From a virus: 64,000 nucleotides of DNA. Every line of letters starts with the position of its first letter. The stretch's first letter is position 1. The position numbers and the translations under genes are program-made. Where the stretch lies: positions 32,001 through 96,000 of IMG/VR virus record IMGVR_UViG_3300007352_000013; one strand, given 5' to 3'. The notes beneath the pieces are model-generated. The model was not told the origin of the DNA. It ran no database searches and saw nothing but the letters and a program-made list of their open reading frames with translations. Below, one piece after another: positions 9,318 through 18,204 of this stretch.

Positions 9318-9878
9318 TTAGTTTGTTGGTGCTGGTGTCGGTGCTGGATTTTGATTAAAAATACCTTTGAGTTTTTCGAACAAGGCATTTTTCTGTTCTG
9401 GTGTAAGTGAATTGAATATAGACATAACATTTTCTAGTGGTCCACCAGAGTCTGAACCAGAATTAGATTTTAATGCACCGACTGTTCCGGGAATAATTTG
9501 TGTTATACTTTCGAACGCCTTTTGCCAAGCTTGTGCCTGTGCTATTCCTAGTGCCGTCATGTTATCAGAATATTTATTATATGCATTTTCCATTGCTTTA
9601 ATTTTTTCTACTTGTGATTCTGTAACAGTTGATGCGTCAGAGTTAACATGTGCCTCTAATCTTCCTTTGAAATTCTTATCATCTTTGTCATACTCGCCAT
9701 CAAAAAGTAGGTCGCCTGTAAAATTAGAGCTAGCAGAAGCTTCTAGAGAAGTTCTTGTTTTCTTAAAATGTATTTTTGGTTGTTCTACTCCCATCGCCTG
9801 TGATGGAGGTAGAAATCCAGTAACGCATCCAGATAGAAAGCTTATAAGAACAAAAGATATCAAAGTAAGTTTAATCAT
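9318..9878 (-). CDS. lipoprotein; only minus-strand gene in window
   Basis: MIKLTLISFVLISFLSG-C lipobox; Pro/Thr/Ala tail; own terminator. Confidence 0.8.
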   Translation of the reverse strand: MIKLTLISFVLISFLSGCVTGFLPPSQAMGVEQPKIHFKKTRTSLEASASSNFTGDLLFDGEYDKDDKNFKGRLEAHVNSDASTVTESQVEKIKAMENAYNKYSDNMTALGIAQAQAWQKAFESITQIIPGTVGALKSNSGSDSGGPLENVMSIFNSLTPEQKNALFEKLKGIFNQNPAPTPAPTN

Positions 9879-9914
9879 TTTTAAATTCCTTAAACAAATA
9901 ACTCATCACAATGT

Positions 9915-9924
9915 ATTATACACA
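9915..9924 (-). promoter_or_regulatory. extended -10 promoter for the minus-strand lipoprotein
   Basis: Minus strand reads TGTGTATAAT about 37 nt upstream of the ATG at 9878. Confidence 0.5.
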
Positions 9925-9966
9925 AATACAAATTTAAAGTTTTAATTTAATTTTAAAAGGAACGCT

Positions 9967-11079
9967 ATGATAACAACCTTCGACACTCTTTATTCTTTGA
10001 ATTCAAATGGATCAATCCAAGAGTGGACTATACTTGTAAAAGATAATATTATAATCAAGAGGTATGGTCAATCAAATGGCAAGATACAAGAAACATCAGA
10101 TGTTATTGAAAAAGGTAAAAACATCGGTAAGGCAAATGCAACTACACCGGAACAACAAGCTCTAAAAGAAGCGCAAAGCCAATGGGAGAAAAAACTTAAA
10201 AGTGGATATGTTCTATCCATAGACGATGCAATAAAAGGAAAAGTAAATAAAGAATTCGTAGTCGGAGGTGTTGAGCCAATGCTAGCTAAATCCTTTAAAG
10301 ATTACGAGAATAAAATAGTATATCCTTGTTATTCACAGCCGAAACTAGATGGTCATAGGTGTATTTGTATAGTTAACAATGGAATATGCTCACTTTGGTC
10401 TAGGACAAGAAAGATCATTACAAGCGTCCCACATATTATAGAGACAATTGAAAAAACATTCCCAAATAAAAATATTATCTTGGATGGTGAATTGTATAAC
10501 CATGATTATAAAAATAAATTTGAAGAAATTACTTCATTTATAAGACAACAAACACCAAAAGTTGGATATGAAGTAGTTAAATTTTTCGTATATGATATAG
10601 TAAGCTCAGATAACTTTGAACAAAGAATATTAAATTTAAATAAAATAAAATTTACTAATGATAATATAATAAAAGTAGAAACACGAAAAGTTAATAACTC
10701 AGAAGAATTGATGGATTATTTTATAGAAGATAGAAAAAATGGCTATGAAGGTAGTATGTGTCGAAACGCCATTGGCCCTTATGAACATAAAAGATCTTAT
10801 AATTTACAAAAAATTAAAGATATGCAAGATGATGAATTTGAAATTATAGGAATTGAAAATGGTAGAGGTCGAATGAGCGAGTGTGCAATCTTCGTATGCA
10901 AGACCGTAGAAGGAAAAGAATTTTCTTGTAAAATGCAGGGTAGTTTAGAGGCTTTAAAAATATATTTAGCTAATCCGAAAACTGTAATAGGGAAATTATT
11001 GACTATACAATTTCAGGGATACACGAACGGATCTTTACCTAGATTTCCGATAGGATTAAGAATCAGGAAAGATATTTGA
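9967..11079 (+). CDS. lig: ATP-dependent DNA ligase with WGR-like N-terminal domain
   Basis: EPMLA, SQPKLDG.R, LDGELY, YEG.M, KIK, OB-fold P.FP. Confidence 0.92.
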   Translation: MITTFDTLYSLNSNGSIQEWTILVKDNIIIKRYGQSNGKIQETSDVIEKGKNIGKANATTPEQQALKEAQSQWEKKLKSGYVLSIDDAIKGKVNKEFVVGGVEPMLAKSFKDYENKIVYPCYSQPKLDGHRCICIVNNGICSLWSRTRKIITSVPHIIETIEKTFPNKNIILDGELYNHDYKNKFEEITSFIRQQTPKVGYEVVKFFVYDIVSSDNFEQRILNLNKIKFTNDNIIKVETRKVNNSEELMDYFIEDRKNGYEGSMCRNAIGPYEHKRSYNLQKIKDMQDDEFEIIGIENGRGRMSECAIFVCKTVEGKEFSCKMQGSLEALKIYLANPKTVIGKLLTIQFQGYTNGSLPRFPIGLRIRKDI

Positions 11080-11080
11080 C

Positions 11081-11734
11081 ATGAGTAAATTTTTAGATTT
11101 AACTGGACAAAAGTTTAATAGATTAACAGTCAAGCGTAGAGTAATTAATTCGAAAAATGGAAGATCTATGTGGTCGTGTATGTGTAACTGTGGTGAAGAA
11201 AAAATAGTTAGCGGCCATGATCTTAAATGCGGAGATACCAAAAGTTGCGGTTGTCTGAAAAAAGAATCTACAATCATAAATAATAAAGTTCGCAAAACAA
11301 TACATGGACATTGTAAATATAATGTGGAATCTAGAACCTATAGAATATGGTCCAGTATGCTCAATAGATGTTATAATAAGAAAAATATAGGTTATAAAAA
11401 TTATGGTCAAAGAGGAATAACGGTATGTGATAGGTGGAATCCTAAGACTGGTGGTTCTTTTGAAAATTTTCTTAAAGACATTGGAGAAATCCCAAAAGCA
11501 TTAACATTAGACAGAAAGAATAATAACATTGGGTATTCCCCAGAAAATTGTAAGTTATCAACTCCAAAAGAACAAAACAGAAATATGAGAACTAATGTAA
11601 ATTATACTTACAATAATAAAACTCAGTGTCGTATAGATTGGGCTAATGAATATGGAATGAGTTATCAAACTCTGACATACAGATTAGATGTATTGGGCTG
11701 GTCGATAGAAAAGACATTAACAACCCCCAGTTAG
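11081..11734 (+). CDS. free-standing HNH-type homing endonuclease
   Basis: DLTGQKFNRLTV, C.C.CG, TKSCGC, W..M..RC, LTLDRKNNN.GYSPENC. Confidence 0.75.
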   Translation: MSKFLDLTGQKFNRLTVKRRVINSKNGRSMWSCMCNCGEEKIVSGHDLKCGDTKSCGCLKKESTIINNKVRKTIHGHCKYNVESRTYRIWSSMLNRCYNKKNIGYKNYGQRGITVCDRWNPKTGGSFENFLKDIGEIPKALTLDRKNNNIGYSPENCKLSTPKEQNRNMRTNVNYTYNNKTQCRIDWANEYGMSYQTLTYRLDVLGWSIEKTLTTPS

Positions 11735-11764
11735 AAAACATAAAAAATATAGAAAGAATAAAAT

Positions 11765-12001
11765 ATGAACTGGAAAAAGAAAATACAATTAAAACACATA
11801 ATATGTTCAAGACCAGAATTAATGCCAGAAGATGATGTTCCGACTAATATTATAGAAGAAATTTGTGAAATATTGGAAAAAGAAGATGAATTAAAAATAT
11901 TCTGTGATGATCTGAGATATTGTAATTTGGTTTGTGAGTTTAATGATGTACTAGAAGATATATATGATTATTGTGATAATAATGGAATTTGGTTAGGATA
12001 A
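11765..12001 (+). CDS. hypothetical acidic protein
   Basis: 78 aa; FN..L..IYDYCD...IWLG. Confidence 0.6.
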   Translation: MNWKKKIQLKHIICSRPELMPEDDVPTNIIEEICEILEKEDELKIFCDDLRYCNLVCEFNDVLEDIYDYCDNNGIWLG

Positions 12002-12004
12002 AAT

Positions 12005-12187
12005 ATGAATAAAATAAGAATGAAAGTCACTATAACTGGTTTTTATGATGCCGACCCACGATGGTATCCTGAGAATTCTTCGCCAGAAGACATGTGTAAA
12101 GTTGATGTAAACAATGGCATAGATGCAATATTAGATTGTGTAGATCAAAATACATTAGAACTTAAAATTGAACCAGTTGGAGAATAA
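12005..12187 (+). CDS. hypothetical protein
   Basis: 60 aa coupled ORF. Confidence 0.55.
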   Translation: MNKIRMKVTITGFYDADPRWYPENSSPEDMCKVDVNNGIDAILDCVDQNTLELKIEPVGE

Positions 12188-12188
12188 T

Positions 12189-12437
12189 ATGAAAGCATAC
12201 ATAGCAACAGTAATAATAGAAATGCCAATATACGCAGAAAATGAAAAAGAAGCAACAAAAGTAGCAGAAAAATTCTTTATAGAAGAAGTAAAGGCATGTC
12301 CTCCCGCTGACTTAGATTTTTCTATAAAACCAATGAATAGATGCCCAGATGGATCAAACCATTCAGAATCTTGTTGGTCTAGCAAAGAAGATGAAACAAT
12401 AAGTATTTTAGAAGGAATTAATTTAAATGGTGCTTGA
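12189..12437 (+). CDS. hypothetical protein
   Basis: SD ggag before ATG 12189. Confidence 0.55.
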   Translation: MKAYIATVIIEMPIYAENEKEATKVAEKFFIEEVKACPPADLDFSIKPMNRCPDGSNHSESCWSSKEDETISILEGINLNGA

Positions 12438-12861
12438 AATAATTAAATATCCCCATAAGATTTTGAGTGCAAAATGCGAGTCTGTAGAATTTCCATTAAC
12501 TGATGAAATAGAGCAACTATGCAAAGATTTAAAAGAAACTTGCATCCATCATAATGGTCTTGGATTAGCAGCCCCACAAGTTGGATACGATTTAAGAATT
12601 TTTGTATTCAATAAAGAAGAAATAATTATCAATCCTATAATAATAGCGGGATCGAGTAAGATATGGTCAGAAGAATCTTGCTTATCTATTCCGAATGCAT
12701 CCTTTAAGGTTAGAAGATGGGAAGAAATAACTGTTGCATATTATAATATTGAAGGTAAGATTATAAACGATTTAATCCTTAAAGGGTTAGAATCTGTTAT
12801 TTTCCAGCATGAATTTGATCATCTTAAAGGGATTCTTATAAAGGATAAAGAGATTAAATAA
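12427..12861 (+). CDS. def: peptide deformylase
   Basis: GLAAPQVG, EESCLS, QHEFDHL. Confidence 0.93.
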   Translation: MVLEIIKYPHKILSAKCESVEFPLTDEIEQLCKDLKETCIHHNGLGLAAPQVGYDLRIFVFNKEEIIINPIIIAGSSKIWSEESCLSIPNASFKVRRWEEITVAYYNIEGKIINDLILKGLESVIFQHEFDHLKGILIKDKEIK

Positions 12862-13058
12862 TGGAAACTAAAAAATAAATAAAAAAACGTGTTAATAAAG
12901 AAAATAAATTGCGTAGAAAAAAATCGAATGATATTTACAAAAAACAAATAAAATGCTTCTGGACGTGGCCGTTTGGTCATATCTATATATATGGTAGTTT
13001 TGGACTCGGCAAATGTACTATTTGTAAAAAAGAAAAATATTCAGGAAGATATATATAG
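12861..13058 (+). pseudogene. interrupted ORF with CFWxWPFGH...CxxC motif, paralog of 29248-29481
   Basis: METKK*IKKRVNK...KCFWTWPFGHIY...KCTIC; in-frame TAA at 12876 between A-runs. Confidence 0.45.
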
Positions 13059-13064
13059 GTTAAA

Positions 13065-13568
13065 ATGCCAAAGAAAAATAAAAAAATAAGGCAGAAAATA
13101 AAACAAGAGAAAGAACAAAAACACGAAAAGACATTTGCGCCACAACCGAAAGTCTTAGCTATCCTAATAGGACTTCCGGGTTCTGGTAAATCTTATTACG
13201 CACAACATTGTTTAAATAATTATTATAGAATATCTCAAGATGAATTTGGTAGGTTTCCGCATTATAAAAAATTTCTTCAACTTCTAATAGAAGGATGCTC
13301 TAGGATTTGTATAGATAGAGTTAATTTTGATAGATTTCAAAGATTAAGATACGTTCTACCGGCAGAATATTTCAGATATAAAATAGTATATTATCATTTT
13401 ATGGCATCTGAAGAACAATGTTTGAAAAGAATGGCCACTAGACAAAATCATCCTACAATCAATCCAAGAGATACTGAAAAACATAAAGAAATAATAAATA
13501 GATTCAAAAAAGAATTTCATCCCATAGAAGATTTTGAGTGTGACGAATATATAGAGGTAAAGACATAA
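13065..13568 (+). CDS. P-loop kinase (AAA_33, polynucleotide-kinase-like)
   Basis: LIGLPGSGKSYYA, ISQD, IDRVN...R, RxxxR lid CLKRMATR. Confidence 0.8.
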   Translation: MPKKNKKIRQKIKQEKEQKHEKTFAPQPKVLAILIGLPGSGKSYYAQHCLNNYYRISQDEFGRFPHYKKFLQLLIEGCSRICIDRVNFDRFQRLRYVLPAEYFRYKIVYYHFMASEEQCLKRMATRQNHPTINPRDTEKHKEIINRFKKEFHPIEDFECDEYIEVKT

Positions 13569-13573
13569 GAATG

Positions 13574-13729
13574 ATATTTGGGTTATCCGATCTATTTTTA
13601 GATAAATCGAAAGAGTATTTTTCACCCCTAAAAGGGAGTTGGATCAATAGGCTGACTCAGTTACTCTTAGATTTGCTGTACGTCACAGGGTACTAAGTGC
13701 GTCTGCCAACAGCCGGATAACTCAAATAT
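13574..13729 (+). ncRNA. unassigned structured element with a four-way junction
   Basis: 16-bp closing stem 13574-89/13714-29 plus three abutting arms (13590-603, 13604-674, 13675-713); strand favoured only by a G-U pair. Confidence 0.6.
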
Positions 13730-13743
13730 TTTTTGGAGAATAT

Positions 13744-13932
13744 ATGTATAAAAATTGTGATTTCCCGACAGATTTGTTAAATCGTATAAAAGATTTAGAC
13801 TCACATGCACCAGATGCATCGTGGAATGAGCAAATTAAAACACAAAAGATCAATAGTATAGGTTTCCTAGAAAACGCAAGAATCCTTATACCACAAATTA
13901 TAAGATCAATTGATCCAAATTATAGAAAATAA
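13744..13932 (+). CDS. hypothetical protein
   Basis: SD ggag; 62 aa. Confidence 0.55.
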   Translation: MYKNCDFPTDLLNRIKDLDSHAPDASWNEQIKTQKINSIGFLENARILIPQIIRSIDPNYRK

Positions 13933-13942
13933 GGAGCTAAAA

Positions 13943-14155
13943 ATGATATTGGGTGGATCGTTATGGGTTGCTGCCGCTCTTATGTGGCAATGTTGGACTG
14001 GACCATTAGTTAGACCAGACTGGGAAAGACCCAAAACTCCAAAAGATCCGGAGTGGGAATGCTGGTTTCATACAGATTATCACGATGATGGAGATACAGA
14101 TTTGAGAGATTGGTCTTATTTTCAAAATGACACAAAAAGATTTGATACAAAATAA
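13943..14155 (+). CDS. small membrane/secreted protein with dockerin/EF-hand-like DxxDDGDxDLxD motif
   Basis: SD aaggag; hydrophobic N-terminus; DYHDDGDTDLRDWSYFQN. Confidence 0.6.
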   Translation: MILGGSLWVAAALMWQCWTGPLVRPDWERPKTPKDPEWECWFHTDYHDDGDTDLRDWSYFQNDTKRFDTK

Positions 14156-14249
14156 TATATGATATATTATGTAGTAAAATTATTTTGTACCAATTCACAA
14201 TATAAAGGATGAGAATTACAGAAATTAGAAACTTTGAAAGGATTTTCGC

Positions 14250-14564
14250 GTGCCTAATTATAAAAAAGAAATTGAAACATATCGCTGTGGAGATTTATTT
14301 AAATTTGGAAATCATAAAGAAATTTATATTTTATCCCAAACTGGATATGGTTGTGGAATGATGGTTGGACTATATGATAGTTCTAATAGAATAGCTATTA
14401 CAGGAGAACGTCCAATCTTTTTTAAAAAGGGGTTGAATGAAATTTCTCAAGAAGAAATAAATAATCTTGTAGAATCTGCGGAAAACACATTTGGAAAAAT
14501 TCAGTGCATTGGAAATATTAGTGAATTTGAATTAATAAAGAAAGAGAATATTAATGTTAACTAA
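14250..14564 (+). CDS. hypothetical protein
   Basis: GTG start after aagga. Confidence 0.55.
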   Translation: MPNYKKEIETYRCGDLFKFGNHKEIYILSQTGYGCGMMVGLYDSSNRIAITGERPIFFKKGLNEISQEEINNLVESAENTFGKIQCIGNISEFELIKKENINVN

Positions 14565-14757
14565 AGAAATTTTAATTATCTTGGATGAATTAAAAACAGA
14601 TATTCCAGAATTTGAAGCATTAGAAAGTATATCTCCAAGATTGGTAACAGATATAGCATATTGGATTAATGAGGATAGAATACATCATTCAAAGAAAGTC
14701 AGAAAAATAGGGGTCTTCAATAATGCAAGAACTAAAATTAGTAGAACAGCAAGATAA
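14554..14757 (+). CDS. hypothetical protein
   Basis: 67-aa coupled ORF. Confidence 0.45.
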   Translation: MLTKEILIILDELKTDIPEFEALESISPRLVTDIAYWINEDRIHHSKKVRKIGVFNNARTKISRTAR

Positions 14758-15136
14758 ATATGGTTGTACTATAGCTTGTATGGCGATGGTTTTAGGTAAA
14801 AAGTATTTCGAAATGAGACAATTGCTTCTGGAAAACGGTTTTTTAAAAATAAGTATCGAACCAGAATATATTGGTTACTTCGAGGATGAAATCCCAATAA
14901 TATTATCTAAATTTGAAATTAAATCAAAATATATTCCATTCGACGGATTAAATAAATTACAAAATAATTGTATATTATCGTTAATTAGAAGTGAACCAGA
15001 CAATAGAGGATATCCATTATGGAAACATTCAGTTGTATATGATACCAAAAACAAGAAAATACTAGATCCTGCAAATCAGATTAATAATTTGGAAAAATGG
15101 CGAATAAACGTAGAATATTGTTTGGAAATAGCATGA
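14723..15136 (+). CDS. C39-like cysteine peptidase
   Basis: QQDKYGC..ACMAM, HSVVYD, ILDP. Confidence 0.75.
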   Translation: MQELKLVEQQDKYGCTIACMAMVLGKKYFEMRQLLLENGFLKISIEPEYIGYFEDEIPIILSKFEIKSKYIPFDGLNKLQNNCILSLIRSEPDNRGYPLWKHSVVYDTKNKKILDPANQINNLEKWRINVEYCLEIA

Positions 15137-17019
15137 GAAAACTAGCTAATATTTTAGACTTATCACATATTAAAAATAAAAGATTCATAATCATTGGAGA
15201 CCAACATGGCTGTTACGATCAATTATTAAATCTTCTCACTAAATGCAATTACAATAAAAAAACTGATGTAATAGTTGGTTGTGGTGATATGGTTGACCGT
15301 GGCGATAAGTCATACGAAGTTATTAAGTTCTTTCAACCAGATAATCCTCATGAAGAACACAATATTTTTACTGTCATGGGGAATCATGACGATAAATTTA
15401 AACGATATTTACTGGGAAATAAGATAACCATCGGCAAAGCACTGCAAAAGAGTGTCGATGAATTTTCAATTAAGTGTCCCGATTTAATAGAAAGAGCGTC
15501 AATAGCTCTATGGCTCAGTAATTTGCCACACATAATACGTTTACCAGATTTATTAGATAGGCCATGCTATATTGTCCACGCTGGTATTGATACTAGATAT
15601 CCAATTGATCAACAATCTCAAGAAACATGCATTTACATAAGAGGAATAAATCCTAAAAATTTCTTTGATGAAAGTGCTGGCCTTTGGTATGATACTCTTG
15701 ATGGATCATATTATATCTTGAGTGGTCACATAAGTTCTAAGGTAGTAAATCCCGTTCCTTGGAACTTTTCTCTAGACGCGGGTTGCGCATCTGGAGGTAA
15801 GTTAAGAGCGATGGTTATAGAAAATAACAAATATGAGATAGTAGAGGTTGATGGATTTATGAGAAATTGTCAAATTCCAAAAGAATTTAGAGTTCAAGAA
15901 GGAATAGATGGAGAAAGATTAATTACTCCGGGTTTCGCAGTTTCTAACTCTGCATGGAAAGCAGAAGAACATCTTTGGTTGCGTTCGCTTCATATAGATA
16001 AAAATGACGAAGTTATTTCTTGTGGATTCCCTAAGTTTTTTAACATGGGGGATGGACCTAGAGAATTCCAAATAACGCAAGATAATTTGCTTGACCAGAT
16101 AGATAGGGGTAAGCCGTTGCTTGCGACTCTAAAAATAGACGGCTCCCTTCTTATAAGGTTCGTCCATAATGGAAAAGTTAGATTTAGGACAAGGGGTTCA
16201 ATGGAAGTTGGCCTAGACAATAAAGACGAAATAGAGGAATTTCTTATAAAATATCCTAAACTAGCCGATCCAACTTATTATCCAACTATGTCTTTATTAT
16301 TTGAATGGACCAGCCCAAAAAATCAAATAGTTATAAAATACGATATACCAGAACTTACACTAGTAGGTGCTGTTCTTCACGGCAAAGGCATAAAATGGTA
16401 TGATACCGAATTTGATTTAATAGACATTAATGGTCTTAAAAAGATATCAGAAGATACAGGAATATCTTGTGTCCAGCATTTTAATTTGAAAAATAGAGTA
16501 GATGTATTAGATCTAATAGAAAAGTTAAAAGCAGAAAAAGAGATTGAAGGTTATGTAATAAGAATGAATAATGACCAAGATATGGTTAAGGTTAAAAGTG
16601 ATAATTATTTTATTCTGCATGCGTTGAAATCGAATCTGAACACAGAATCTCTTATTGATCTAATTTTATCTTGGAATTTAGGACATGACTATAATTTATT
16701 TAAAGAAAAATTCATAGCGTCATATGATTATGAAACTTGGACAGTTGCTTTACCCGCTGTTTCTTCAATATTCGATGGATTTAAGCATGCATCTAATATA
16801 GGATTACATATAAATAGATTCGTCGATGAAAATAGAGATAAACCAAGAAAAGAATTTGCTTTATTAGCGCAGCAAAAATATTCTGGAGAAAAGTTATCGG
16901 CATGTTTCTCTTTACTTGACAATAAACCAATACATAAAAATGCTTTCAAGACGTGGGTGCTTCAGAATTGTAAACAGTACGAATTTAGTATGTTTAAAAA
17001 GGAAATTAAAAATGACTAA
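15133..17019 (+). CDS. metallophosphoesterase-RNA ligase (Rnl1-like) fusion
   Basis: GDQHG, GDMVDRG, GNHD, HAG, GH, LDAGC; then TLKIDGSLL, LFEW, EGYV, VKVK; ATG 15133 gives ATGA overlap. Confidence 0.85.
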   Translation: MRKLANILDLSHIKNKRFIIIGDQHGCYDQLLNLLTKCNYNKKTDVIVGCGDMVDRGDKSYEVIKFFQPDNPHEEHNIFTVMGNHDDKFKRYLLGNKITIGKALQKSVDEFSIKCPDLIERASIALWLSNLPHIIRLPDLLDRPCYIVHAGIDTRYPIDQQSQETCIYIRGINPKNFFDESAGLWYDTLDGSYYILSGHISSKVVNPVPWNFSLDAGCASGGKLRAMVIENNKYEIVEVDGFMRNCQIPKEFRVQEGIDGERLITPGFAVSNSAWKAEEHLWLRSLHIDKNDEVISCGFPKFFNMGDGPREFQITQDNLLDQIDRGKPLLATLKIDGSLLIRFVHNGKVRFRTRGSMEVGLDNKDEIEEFLIKYPKLADPTYYPTMSLLFEWTSPKNQIVIKYDIPELTLVGAVLHGKGIKWYDTEFDLIDINGLKKISEDTGISCVQHFNLKNRVDVLDLIEKLKAEKEIEGYVIRMNNDQDMVKVKSDNYFILHALKSNLNTESLIDLILSWNLGHDYNLFKEKFIASYDYETWTVALPAVSSIFDGFKHASNIGLHINRFVDENRDKPRKEFALLAQQKYSGEKLSACFSLLDNKPIHKNAFKTWVLQNCKQYEFSMFKKEIKND

Positions 17020-17209
17020 GAAAGATTTTATATCATTAGCTGATACATTCAAGCAATGTCCAGAATTACATAACACAAAATATTTGCTAAACATGGCTGA
17101 TGATCTTGAAAAGAGATATTCAAAATTCAATAAAAAATTATGGCTTGCCTATATACGTGGTGAATGTGGATCAAATGGTGGTAAGATAAAAAATGAAAAT
17201 AAGTCGTAA
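17012..17209 (+). CDS. hypothetical protein
   Basis: ATG 17012 after aagga. Confidence 0.5.
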   Translation: MTKKDFISLADTFKQCPELHNTKYLLNMADDLEKRYSKFNKKLWLAYIRGECGSNGGKIKNENKS

Positions 17210-17576
17210 ATTTGCAATAGAAATAGAAAGATTCGAAAGATTTTCTACCGTACAACCATTTACTAGAACAGAAGAAGGATTACGACAATTTTTCTTTAAA
17301 GAGAGCAGAGGAATTATTCCTGAGAATCCCGATCCATATTACGAAATTTTACTAGACGGTAAAAGATGGTGGGAATGGACATTAAATTATATAGCAGAAC
17401 AATATACAAGCAAAGATATGTGGTTTGGATGGGCTATCTTAAAAGAAGATTATAAAAATGATCCAAACGGATATAAACAAATAAGGCAAAGAGTCAAGCC
17501 AATAGCTAAAAAATACTCTTTAAGATTTAATATCAAAGATGAAGATTTTGAAAAAATCTGGAGAGAAAATGATTAA
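17193..17576 (+). CDS. hypothetical protein
   Basis: 127 aa. Confidence 0.6.
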   Translation: MKISRKFAIEIERFERFSTVQPFTRTEEGLRQFFFKESRGIIPENPDPYYEILLDGKRWWEWTLNYIAEQYTSKDMWFGWAILKEDYKNDPNGYKQIRQRVKPIAKKYSLRFNIKDEDFEKIWREND

Positions 17577-17757
17577 GTGTAAAAAACATCCAAAGTATAA
17601 GGCTAAATATAAGCCAAGAGCAAAATGTCCAACATGTGAAAGAATCTTTAGAGAGAAGATTGTATCCATAATAATGCAAAGATGTTTAGAGATACCAAAC
17701 TTTGAAACTAAAAAGTTTATGATACCGGATGATTTATTGCGATATATTCCAAAATAA
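17569..17757 (+). CDS. small Cys/His protein
   Basis: CKKHPKY...CPTC. Confidence 0.5.
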   Translation: MIKCKKHPKYKAKYKPRAKCPTCERIFREKIVSIIMQRCLEIPNFETKKFMIPDDLLRYIPK

Positions 17758-17849
17758 GAAATGCTGTAGAATTAACTTATAGAGTAGCTAAGTCTGATTT
17801 AAGTAATACTTCATTTAATGAATTTTGGATTAATAAGGATTAAAGTAAA

Positions 17850-18152
17850 ATGAGACTAAAACTTAAGAAGAATTCATCAATTAGAAAAAATGGACTTTAT
17901 GATTTAGAAAATATTTTTGGAGATTGTAGTGGTCACGGATATGGATTCGGAGGGGAAGATATAGAGTGGTATATTGAACATAATAATAAGTTTTATAAAA
18001 CTTTACAAATATATAGAGAAGAAGATGAACTTTCAATATACGTGCAAGAAATCTATAGAAACGGAATTGTAAAAAATCTAAACAAGAATAATATACCCAA
18101 AGTTTGGCAAAATAAATTTAATAAATTTGTTAAAGAACATTGTCTTAAATAA
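17850..18152 (+). CDS. hypothetical protein
   Basis: 100 aa; SD aagga. Confidence 0.55.
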   Translation: MRLKLKKNSSIRKNGLYDLENIFGDCSGHGYGFGGEDIEWYIEHNNKFYKTLQIYREEDELSIYVQEIYRNGIVKNLNKNNIPKVWQNKFNKFVKEHCLK

Positions 18153-18204
18153 AGTGAAAATGTATAAAATACAGATACAAAACATAGTCTATTAAAATTC
18201 AGTA

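Noticed and set aside
9367-9945. 192-aa plus-strand ORF
   Set aside because: Antisense shadow of the lipoprotein, which has a lipobox, promoter and terminator.
13574-13729. Hammerhead, hairpin, twister or omega-RNA assignment
   Set aside because: Only fragmentary matches (ctgac, cgaaa, ctgccaa, cccctaaaaggg); catalytic cores are not in the right arrangement and no IscB/TnpB gene is adjacent.
17748-17843. Possible -1 frameshift extending ORF 17569 (…IPK-IRNAVELTYRVAKS…)
   Set aside because: An open alternative frame exists but there is no canonical slippery heptamer; a homopolymer error or chance explains it equally well.
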